A stretch of DNA of 22,353 bases from Pseudomonadota bacterium. Its GTDB lineage: Bacteria; Desulfobacterota; Desulfobacteria; Desulfobacterales; RPRI01. Of this stretch, positions 1-7,901 are shown piece after piece. Location of the stretch: contig JBDRRF010000070.1 of NCBI GenBank assembly GCA_043825875.1, positions 1-22,353 of the forward strand, in the 5' to 3' direction. Under the pieces are notes generated by a model that was given only the letters and a program-made list of their open reading frames with translations, made no database searches and was not told the DNA's origin. The position numbers were made by a program, and so were the translations under genes. Position 1 is the first letter of the stretch, and each line of letters starts with the position of its first letter.

Positions 1-141
1 AGCCAGTTTCAAAACGCCCCATTTTGGCCGATCTCTGCGTTGGGCTCAAATTTCAATCCTCGAAATACTAAATGTATTCCTGTGGTTGAAATTTTCTCCC
101 GCCTTGAGCTTGACCAAACTGAAACGTTTTGAAAGTGGCTC
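1..141. mobile_element. MITE-like / REP-like palindromic element, copy 1 (first base falls just outside the window)
   Basis: Terminal inverted repeats AGCCAGTTTCAAAACG (1-16) / CGTTTTGAAAGTGGCT (125-140). Internal hairpin 48-94. About 128/141 identical by manual alignment to the reverse complement of 11468-11608. No coding capacity evident. Confidence 0.8.
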
Positions 142-165
142 TTACGAATTGGAAATATACTAAAA

Positions 166-1689
166 ATGAAGATTAACGAAAAAGAGTTCTTTCATCAGGT
201 TACTATTCGCATCTGTGGCAGTCTTGAGATTGATCATAGCTTGAGAAACTGCTTTGAGTATCTTAAAGATTATATTCCCTTAGAAGAAATATGGATGGGT
301 TTACTTGATAAGGAGTTTAAAAACATACGAGCCATTGCTCATACCGATACTGCCGGAACCAGAACAATGGACACGATCATTCCTTTGCCGCGTGTTCTTA
401 ACGACAAGCAGCAAAAGCAGGGTCTTACGCCGAAAAAAGTTATGATTTTAAATCACATGGCTGCGCATCGCTTATCAGATGACGTTGCCTTTCCCAAATC
501 TTCGGTAATGATCTTTCCTTTGCTGCCGGAGGGTGACAGGATGGGAGTTTTGGTTTTAAGGGCAGGGGGGCAAAACCGCTATTTGAATACACATGCAAGA
601 TTGCTGTCGATGTTACATGATCCGTTTGTTGTGGCCATGTCTAACAACTTAAGGCATGAAGAAGTTATAAAACTCAAAGATATGCTGGCAGACGATAACC
701 GCTATCTGTCCAGGGAATTGCGTCAATTGGCCGGAGACGAAATTGTAGGTGCTCAAACAGGCTTAAAAAATGTTATGGATATGGTGCAGCAGGTAGCCCC
801 AAGAGACAACCCTGTATTGCTTTTGGGGGAAACAGGAGTAGGAAAGGAAGTAATTGCAAATGCCATTCATTATGCTTCTCCACGTAAAAACGGACCCTTC
901 ATTAAAGTAAACAGCGGCGCCATTCCGGAAGGTCTGATAGACAGCGAACTCTTCGGGCATGAAAAAGGAGCTTTTACCGGTGCGGTTTCTCAAAAAAGAG
1001 GACGTTTTGAACGGGCGCATGGAGGTACAATATTTTTGGATGAAATCGGGGATCTTCCCATGCAGGCACAGGTACGTTTACTAAGAGTGTTACAGCAAAA
1101 GGAAATGGAGCGTGTTGGCGGAACCGAAACAATTGCAGTGGATGTCAGGATAATTACCGCCACTCACCGCAACCTGGAACAATTAATGGTAAACAATAAA
1201 TTCCGTGAGGATCTTTGGTACAGGCTGAATGTATTTCCTATAATTATTCCTCCTCTTAGACAGCGAAAATCAGATATCCCGCTTCTCATTGAACATTTTT
1301 TGAAACGTAAATCAAGAGAGCTGAATTTTCGCAGTATTCCTCAGATTGTACCGGGCGCTGTTGAACGGCTGATGGATTATCCCTGGAAGGGAAATGTGCG
1401 TGAACTTGAAAATGTGGTGGAAAGGGCTTTGATCCAATATAACGGCAGTTTGCTGAATTTTGACCATTTTGTTTTTCCCCAGGTTGAGAACGCGTCGTTG
1501 AATGCTAGCGCGGATGACAACATACTAAAGTTCGACGAGGTATGCGTCCGGCACATTAAAACCGCGCTTGAAGCAACCCATGGCAGAATCAGCGGCCCGT
1601 ACGGAGCAGCTAAACTTCTTGGTTTACTTCCCAGTACCTTGAGGGGCAAAATGAATAAGCTGGGGATCATGTATGGACGAAAGCAATAA
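166..1689 (+). CDS. sigma54-dependent transcriptional activator (bEBP; GAF-like sensor + AAA+ + Fis-type HTH)
   Basis: Walker [22 protein letters not shown], Walker B IFLDEIG, WKGNVRELEN, C-terminal HTH GAAKLLGLLPSTLRGKMNKLGI. Confidence 0.95.
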   Translation: MKINEKEFFHQVTIRICGSLEIDHSLRNCFEYLKDYIPLEEIWMGLLDKEFKNIRAIAHTDTAGTRTMDTIIPLPRVLNDKQQKQGLTPKKVMILNHMAAHRLSDDVAFPKSSVMIFPLLPEGDRMGVLVLRAGGQNRYLNTHARLLSMLHDPFVVAMSNNLRHEEVIKLKDMLADDNRYLSRELRQLAGDEIVGAQTGLKNVMDMVQQVAPRDNPVLLLGETGVGKEVIANAIHYASPRKNGPFIKVNSGAIPEGLIDSELFGHEKGAFTGAVSQKRGRFERAHGGTIFLDEIGDLPMQAQVRLLRVLQQKEMERVGGTETIAVDVRIITATHRNLEQLMVNNKFREDLWYRLNVFPIIIPPLRQRKSDIPLLIEHFLKRKSRELNFRSIPQIVPGAVERLMDYPWKGNVRELENVVERALIQYNGSLLNFDHFVFPQVENASLNASADDNILKFDEVCVRHIKTALEATHGRISGPYGAAKLLGLLPSTLRGKMNKLGIMYGRKQ

Positions 1690-1716
1690 AGCAGCACAAA
1701 TCCTGATCGATAAAAA

Positions 1717-1894
1717 GGGGCCTATAAATTTTTCAGGATCCTTATCTTCATTAATGACCGGGCAGGCCTCAACACAGCTGAAGCACCTGTAGAACCATTC
1801 AAGATTGCCGATCTTTTTGGCCAGGTCCGGATTCATTACAGCAGTAATATCACTTTCTGCGGGACGTTTTCTTATTCTCCTTTTTTGTCGACAT
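1717..1894 (-). pseudogene. Remnant of an SdhB/FrdB-like 4Fe-4S subunit fused out of frame to an orphan gene start
   Basis: RBS GGAGGG + ATG at 1894 gives MSTKKENKKTSRRK-stop. Another frame reads RKRPAESDITAVMNPDLAKKIGNLEWFYRCFSCVEACPV...EKFIGP, resembling the CxxCxxCxxxCP...F(I/L)GP segment of SdhB/FrdB with the first Cys lost. Confidence 0.55.
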
Positions 1895-1975
1895 CTTTAT
1901 CCCTCCTTTCAAGATCCGAGAAATAATTTTTTAATACATTGTTCGATGTTTGAGTTCCGATGGCAGTTGAGTCCC

Positions 1976-2272
1976 TTATCTGGCAGTATATCCGGCATCA
2001 ACTACAAATATGTGGCCGGTAACATAATCAGATGCCTTGGAAGCTAGATAAACGGCTGTACCCTTTAAATCATTCGGTACACCCACGCCATGCATCGGCA
2101 CAGTGGGCGCCAGCAATTTTACAGCCTCATCCCAGGCATCAGCTCCTCCGAGTTCTGTCCTAAAAAATCTCGGAGCAATGGCATTTACATTTATTCCATA
2201 TGAAGCATATTCGATAGCCATTTCCCGAATTTGCGCCGGTAACCCTACTTTATCTTTGAAATCTTCACTCAT
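1976..2272 (-). pseudogene. Internally deleted SDR-family oxidoreductase
   Basis: SDR-like start MSEDFKDKV joins the SDR C-terminus (YGINVNAIAP...YLASKASDYVTGHIFVVDAGYTA). TGxxxGxG and YxxxK are absent. 98 aa versus about 250 for a typical SDR. Confidence 0.8.
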
Positions 2273-2620
2273 GTAAATCTATCCTGTTCCAACAAGGTTT
2301 ACGAATTAATTTATTGTTAAATGGCTAATTTAATCACCGTCTGCAAAAATGTTTGTACCTATTTTCCTTGAAATAATTATAAAGAATGTGGTAAATCATT
2401 GCACCAAAGAGCGGTTCTTTATAAGTGGCGTAAAGATAAAAAGATTGCTGCGGCATTGCCAAAAGGTTTATAATAAAATTATCAGAAAAGAATGATAAGA
2501 CAATAGTTTATTCCTTCGGTTGATAGAACACGATAGTTTAGCCGGAATTGTTTGAGGATTACAAACAGATAAATATATAAAAAATTGTTACCAGTACTGT
2601 GATAGCAATGAGGAAATCCT

Positions 2621-3493
2621 ATGAAGCTATACCGCAACTTTACCTCACAGGAAGAGATTGACTACCAGTATAACGTGGCAGTAACGGAGCCGGATATACA
2701 GTCTTACGTAGAGATGTTTATCGGCGGCAGTGAAAAAGCCCGCAAAGAGCTGGACTGTATATTGGATGTACGTTTCGGACCCACAGTTGATGAAACAGTA
2801 GATATTTTTCCGGCCAAACAGCCTGATGCGCCAATCATTGTTTATATCCACGGAGGATATTGGCACAGTTTGAGCAGCAAGGAATTCAGTGTTGTCGCAA
2901 CAGGGCCTAATGCTCACGGTTTCACTGTAGTATTACCTAACTACTCCCTATGCCCCAAAGTTACTATTACCGAAATTACCCGGCAAAACCGGGCCTTCAT
3001 AGCGTGGTTGTATCGTAATGCCCGTAAATTCAACGGCAATCCTGAGCGCATCTTCGTATGCGGTCATTCTGCCGGCGGCCATCAAGTCGGTATGTTAGCA
3101 GCAACTGATTGGCCAGGAGAGTATGGACTCCCTGAAAATATTATCAAGGGGGGAATACCGATCAGCGGGCTCTTTGATTTATTCCCATTTCGATACTCCT
3201 GGTTGCAACCTAAACTGCAGCTTTCTTCCGAAGTCATTCAACAGCAAAGCCCTTTGTTTAATATTCCTGCTAAAGGGCCTCCTTTGTTAATATCTGTTGG
3301 AGAAAAAGAATCTGCTGAATTTCACCGGCAAGCAGCAGACTATCTGACGGCCTGGCGGGCACAGAATTTATACGGTGAGCTATTTGTTCAGCCCAACAAG
3401 AACCATTTTACTTCAATCGAAGGATTGATTGATGCAAACAGCACTTTTTGCCAATCCATGATCGATTTCACGAAAGAATGTGAGATACAATGA
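2621..3493 (+). CDS. alpha/beta hydrolase, arylformamidase (kynurenine formamidase)-like
   Basis: HGGYW oxyanion motif, nucleophile motif GHSAGG, E in VGEKES, His in NHF. RBS GAGG upstream. Confidence 0.88.
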   Translation: MKLYRNFTSQEEIDYQYNVAVTEPDIQSYVEMFIGGSEKARKELDCILDVRFGPTVDETVDIFPAKQPDAPIIVYIHGGYWHSLSSKEFSVVATGPNAHGFTVVLPNYSLCPKVTITEITRQNRAFIAWLYRNARKFNGNPERIFVCGHSAGGHQVGMLAATDWPGEYGLPENIIKGGIPISGLFDLFPFRYSWLQPKLQLSSEVIQQQSPLFNIPAKGPPLLISVGEKESAEFHRQAADYLTAWRAQNLYGELFVQPNKNHFTSIEGLIDANSTFCQSMIDFTKECEIQ

Positions 3494-3746
3494 AGAAAAT
3501 AAATTTCTTTTAATTTATTCACAAAATGTGGATACGCCTGTATTTTTAAACAGAAAGGGCAGGGTGCTCAAGCTAAATGAAGTCAATGCACATCATATCA
3601 GTATGGTATTGGAATTAACCAAGGGAAAAATTAACGGCCCCGGAGGAGCCGCCGATCTTCTCGGCTTACATAAAAGCACTTTAAGAAGCAGAATGGATAA
3701 ACTTGGGATTGACTATGGGCGAAAAAAGAAGCCAGGGGATCTTTAA
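3480..3746 (+). pseudogene. C-terminal Fis-type HTH fragment of a third bEBP paralogue (remnant or stand-alone HTH)
   Basis: LKLNEVNAHHISMVLELTKGKINGPGGAADLLGLHKSTLRSRMDKLGIDYGRKK aligns with the C-termini of 166..1689 and 9891..11444. No AAA+ domain. The start is uncertain. Confidence 0.75.
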
Positions 3747-3756
3747 TTATACATAA

Positions 3757-4174
3757 TCAAAAGAAGATATCACTCATATCAGTATATTCAATAAGATAAT
3801 GAGCATAAAAGCACTTTGCCAATGCTACAGATAACATGTCAGAGCCGCCAACAGGAAACCCACTGCCGTATTTATGCTGCAATGGTATGAATAGAAAAAG
3901 ATGAAGCCCGGTGCCTTTTGCAAACGGATTGATCATCTGTTCTGCTGAAAATCGTGTCATGATAATGCGCATCTTATCGCTTTCAAACCAGTCTTCAGCT
4001 ATATCCCAGGCGCTTGATAACAAAGCTTTGATAAGTATTCGGCCCGCAGGGTTAGAATCCATCATTGCCATTGTTTGTCCGAAAGATGGGGTAGGATTAT
4101 ACATTCCCATAAGAAGCAGCTATTAAACCATTATGACCGGCGCCGACAACTACTACATCATATTTCTCCGTCAT
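3757..4174 (-). pseudogene. Deleted and frameshifted COG1233 (phytoene-dehydrogenase-like) FAD oxidoreductase
   Basis: Not in the ORF track: RBS AAGGAG + ATG at 4174 encodes MTEKYDVVVVGAGHNGLIAASY (FAD-binding start), then stops. A shifted frame continues with a central segment (DWFESDKMR...GFPVGGSDMLSVALAKC). The C-terminal half is missing. Confidence 0.85.
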
Positions 4175-4291
4175 TTTTATAAGCTCCTTTCTTTGCTTGA
4201 ATAGTGAACAACATGCATCGATTTCCGCTAATCACTATTCGTTGTTAACTTTAATTAATATTTTTTTGCTCATTCTGGGACTTTTTTCTGT

Positions 4292-5605
4292 TTACTTAGA
4301 CAGCATCAAGAAATTATTCACACTAAAAAAACTGGGATCAAGTTTTGATGCAGGCATATACAGGAAATCTTCCGGGGCTGCTGATAGGTTTTCTGATGAA
4401 GCGTGTTGAGCTTTTTCATCAATAAAGAGTATAACATCGTGGTTTCCTGTGTTGTTTTTACCGCTCGGCGCCTCACTGTAGTGCACTAAACAGGAGATCC
4501 ATGTCCGAAAATCACCGGATCTTTCATATACCTCCTTGTACCATATGGTATAAGTTTCCTGATCAATATAATTTATGTGCAACCCCCAGTTATAATACTG
4601 ATCTTTAGGCATCTGTTCCACAATCCATACTTTTCTTGGAACATAGGTAATATTAAGAGGAGCCCATGATGCGCCCTTCCATTTTGGATCATCATAGCCA
4701 AATTTGATGTGTGTGCCGGGATAGGGAAATACCTTGGTCATCCTTCCATCCGGCAATTCCTGCGCCGGAAGCATATTAGGGCTGGTAAAAGAAACAAGAA
4801 TTGTCTTTTCGCCGACATATTTCCATTTCATTGTGCGGGTTTTACCAGCCCACATGAAATTTGTATCCAACCATCCATCAGAGCCCATATAGGGGTCAGA
4901 CCTAGTCGTTGAGCCGGTTTGCCGGATCCTGCGGATGGCAGGAATGTAGGCATAATTGCTATCTTTTCTTTTGTCGATATAAATGTGGGCCATTGTGTTG
5001 GTTCCTTTGACGCTCATCGGCTCCAAAACTCTTTGGAAATCGTAGGCCAGAACTTTATCGGGATTATTTATTTCCTGACCTGGCGGCCGGCCATTCATAT
5101 AAAGAAACTGATTTATGCCGGAAACATAACGTTCCTCTCCATTTTTGTCTATCCACATAAAACGGTTTCTACCATTTCTTATGCCCATAAAACGATATTT
5201 CTGGAAATCAAAGTTATACATAATCTTTTCTGCGGCTTTGGGATCTTTAAGATCAATATTGGGAAAAGGATATCCGTAAATATTTACCGGGTATGTTCCG
5301 GTGTATTTATCGATCAAATCACCCTCATGAGTTATGTCGAATTTTCCTTCATTCTTTGTGCTTTCTGCAAAAAAGCTGTCACTTTGTTTGTATTTGAAAT
5401 TTATTTTCCCTGGTGTAATAACATAATCACCTCTTTCAACAGCACGGTACATAGCTGGTATGAGCAGGTCTTTGTATTGGCTGCAGTTGGACTTGTCAAT
5501 CACCTTGGGTAAATCCATAGCCCGCCCGATACCGGTACACAAAAGCAGAATAAACAACGAACATAATGACAATCCAAAATACTTTAAAATTCTCATTCGT
5601 TTCAT
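4292..5605 (-). CDS. DUF1329-like exported protein (outer-membrane lipoprotein-sorting-protein-like)
   Basis: Sec-type signal peptide, YIPAIRRIRQ...RSDPYMGSD motif, GYPFPNID and PRKVWIVE segments. GGAGG RBS favours ATG 5605 over 5623. Confidence 0.8.
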   Translation of the reverse strand: MKRMRILKYFGLSLCSLFILLLCTGIGRAMDLPKVIDKSNCSQYKDLLIPAMYRAVERGDYVITPGKINFKYKQSDSFFAESTKNEGKFDITHEGDLIDKYTGTYPVNIYGYPFPNIDLKDPKAAEKIMYNFDFQKYRFMGIRNGRNRFMWIDKNGEERYVSGINQFLYMNGRPPGQEINNPDKVLAYDFQRVLEPMSVKGTNTMAHIYIDKRKDSNYAYIPAIRRIRQTGSTTRSDPYMGSDGWLDTNFMWAGKTRTMKWKYVGEKTILVSFTSPNMLPAQELPDGRMTKVFPYPGTHIKFGYDDPKWKGASWAPLNITYVPRKVWIVEQMPKDQYYNWGLHINYIDQETYTIWYKEVYERSGDFRTWISCLVHYSEAPSGKNNTGNHDVILFIDEKAQHASSENLSAAPEDFLYMPASKLDPSFFSVNNFLMLSK

Positions 5606-5653
5606 TTTCTTCTTTTCCTCCATCTACCTTTATAGTTGTTATAATGATCTTTC

Positions 5654-5749
5654 TCTCCGGCATTTAACAGCCCTTTTGAGGATCGGATCAAATAACAAGC
5701 GCTGTCAGGCAAGACATTAAACAACAAAAGGGCTGTTTAATGCCAGAGA
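5654..5749 (-). promoter_or_regulatory. Long inverted repeat with a competing shorter hairpin (candidate RNA structure)
   Basis: 25-nt arms at 5654-5678 and 5725-5749 (23/25 complementary). Alternative 13-bp stem between 5713-5725 and 5732-5744. Confidence 0.5.
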
Positions 5750-5917
5750 TGACCTCTTTCTATAAACATAACTTTTGCTTAATGGCTTGGAAGATTTCTC
5801 CGTCTGAATCAAAGTCAGAAATCAGGGTAATTTTTAGTTACTGAGAAAAAAACTCTTCCAAATAAATTGAAAGAAAATATGAGACATGGATTGTACTACT
5901 TCCGAATATGTCTATCG

Positions 5918-6229
5918 TTAAAAATTATCGGGCAATCTTGGATTTTTAAGTTTAGTAAAACCGAAAAATACAAACTTGACAGCAAGAAAATTTTTAAAAA
6001 CAGCCCATAATAGTGTAAGCATTCCCTTATATGTAATTCCGGCTTTAATGTGCCATCTTACAGGCGAAACAGAATTAATATGCAAAATCAGCATATCATC
6101 CACAACATCTACTTTATCTACTTCTGCAAACAGCATTGTAGATCCAAGGCCGGTAGATTTCATACGCATACATGCTTCAGGTTTTTTTATTTCGGCCTTT
6201 TTTATTTCAGCCTTATTCGTATCAACCAC
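5918..6229 (-). CDS. Small hypothetical protein with hydrophobic C-terminus
   Basis: GTG start with AGGGGG RBS, co-oriented 50 nt downstream of the flavoprotein gene. Core MRMKSTGLG...LILHINSVSPVRWHIKA. Confidence 0.7.
   Translation of the reverse strand: MVDTNKAEIKKAEIKKPEACMRMKSTGLGSTMLFAEVDKVDVVDDMLILHINSVSPVRWHIKAGITYKGMLTLLWAVFKNFLAVKFVFFGFTKLKNPRLPDNF
6183..6212. repeat. 15-bp tandem duplication encoding (K)AEIKK x2
   Basis: TTTTTTATTTCGGCC followed by TTTTTTATTTCAGCC. Confidence 0.8.
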
Positions 6230-6279
6230 TGATTACCCCCTAAAATAATGTATTTTGTTATAAGCTGTAATATATCAAC

Positions 6280-7887
6280 TTAAGGGAGCAGTCCCTTTTC
6301 TCTTGCTTGTACAACACAATCCGGATCTTTCCACCATTTCTCCATGCCGAGATCTTCCACAATCGTTGAGGCAGCGACATAGCCGCATGCACCAAGTATC
6401 ATTCCTCCGGGATAGGTGCTTGCGCCGTTTACATATAATCCGGGGATTGGAGTTCTGTAAGAAGAGCAGAGTGGATTTGGCCTGTTGGAGCCCAATTGGA
6501 AAGCAGTATAAGCTCCATGCTTGAAACTTCCTCGTTTCATAGTTGCAAATCTTCGCTCCACATCAAGGGGCGTTGTTGTTGAAGTATGAAAACTCATGTA
6601 AGACGATTTAAAGTTCGTAGTGTATTTTGCCCATAGATCCATGTACAATTCCGTAATTTCCTTTTCTCTCTTGTCCCAGTTGGCCGGATCGCCATCAAGG
6701 TCATAGGGAGCCAATGTTTCTAATTTGGCCGTATGATATCCCTTCGGGGCCAGGCCAGGTGAATAGAGGCTTAAAGGAGATGCATGTGCGTGAATCGAAA
6801 TATTGTTATTATCCATTTTTTTGAACCCGTAATTCAGATCTTCGAAATTATCAAGTCCCATTACGCAGGTGAGCGCTTTGTTTACATCGGGATTATCCCT
6901 GGCATCCTTGTATTCAAGTGGCTCTCTCAAGGAAACGTTAAAATTAAGCATGCTGTAATGTTCCCATTTCCACTCATTAACATAGAAATTGAGATCATCC
7001 GTGCAATTCTCCTCTCCTACAAGCTCCTTAAAGGTTTGCTCAGGGTTTAAACTGCTTACGACTGTTTTTGCCCAAAACTCTCTGCCGTCTTCCATCTTTA
7101 CCCCGACGGCCTTTCCATTTTCCATAATGATTTTTTCGGGAGCCATTCCTTCAACAACATCCGCACCGGCGTGGGTAACTCCGATTAAACTGCCGATGGC
7201 TCTGTGTGTGCCTCCCCTGCAGATCCCGCTGTTTAACATCCGGTAAACAAATAAAGGAAATAAAAATCCTAATCCTGACTCAAAGGGAACACCCCACATG
7301 GTTGCCAGATACAAAAGAAGAGTTCTCGTGGGTTCTTCAAAACCAAATTCATCGACTATCTGCAAAAAATTCATCTCCGCCAGTTCGCCAAAGCGTTTTG
7401 CGATAGGCATGTTAGACTTTTCAAACATTGCAAACTGATCGAGAGCAGGCACTGCATAAGTATAGGTAGCGGGAAATAGAATCTCATCAAAGATGGCCTT
7501 CATCTCTTCATGAAGCGCGAGAAATCTTTTCCCATCCTCTTTAGAGAATGTATTTATAGAATTTATTGTTTTTTTAGGGTCCTGATAAAAAACCAACGGA
7601 CCTTCTTTTGTCAAAAGAGCTGCCTGAACCTCGGGGGTAACAAACTTTACTCCATCAGCATCCATATCAAAGTCTTTATAGGCCGGCATCAATTCGCCCA
7701 TAATCATATATGTGGCATGAGGTTGATAACGGAAACCTCCGGTATTATCTGAAGCGGCTCCACCCCCCAGTTCACGCCTTTTCTCAATTACCAGCACCTT
7801 GGCCCCGGCTTTAATCAGATATGCAGCAGTTGTTAATCCGTTAGGACCACCGCCTATTATTATAGCATCATATTCCGCTCTGCTCAT
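6280..7887 (-). CDS. NAD(P)/FAD-dependent oxidoreductase, phytoene desaturase-like (COG1233)
   Basis: YDAIIIGGGPNGLTTAAYL...EKRRELGG, TPLDVER, YRTPIPGLYVNGASTYPGG. RBS AGGAGG. Confidence 0.92.
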   Translation of the reverse strand: MSRAEYDAIIIGGGPNGLTTAAYLIKAGAKVLVIEKRRELGGGAASDNTGGFRYQPHATYMIMGELMPAYKDFDMDADGVKFVTPEVQAALLTKEGPLVFYQDPKKTINSINTFSKEDGKRFLALHEEMKAIFDEILFPATYTYAVPALDQFAMFEKSNMPIAKRFGELAEMNFLQIVDEFGFEEPTRTLLLYLATMWGVPFESGLGFLFPLFVYRMLNSGICRGGTHRAIGSLIGVTHAGADVVEGMAPEKIIMENGKAVGVKMEDGREFWAKTVVSSLNPEQTFKELVGEENCTDDLNFYVNEWKWEHYSMLNFNVSLREPLEYKDARDNPDVNKALTCVMGLDNFEDLNYGFKKMDNNNISIHAHASPLSLYSPGLAPKGYHTAKLETLAPYDLDGDPANWDKREKEITELYMDLWAKYTTNFKSSYMSFHTSTTTPLDVERRFATMKRGSFKHGAYTAFQLGSNRPNPLCSSYRTPIPGLYVNGASTYPGGMILGACGYVAASTIVEDLGMEKWWKDPDCVVQAREKGLLP

Positions 7888-7901
7888 TTTAAGCCCTCCT
7901 G

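Noticed and set aside
2445..2462. Minus-strand TTGGCAATGCCGCAGCAA as a sigma54 promoter for the SDR remnant
   Set aside because: GG-N10-GC spacing fits, but the -12 context (CAGC) is poor and no enhancer boxes were seen.
4919..5512. 197-aa plus-strand ORF and other short antisense ORFs in the track
   Set aside because: Shadow frames of well-supported genes with no recognisable motifs.
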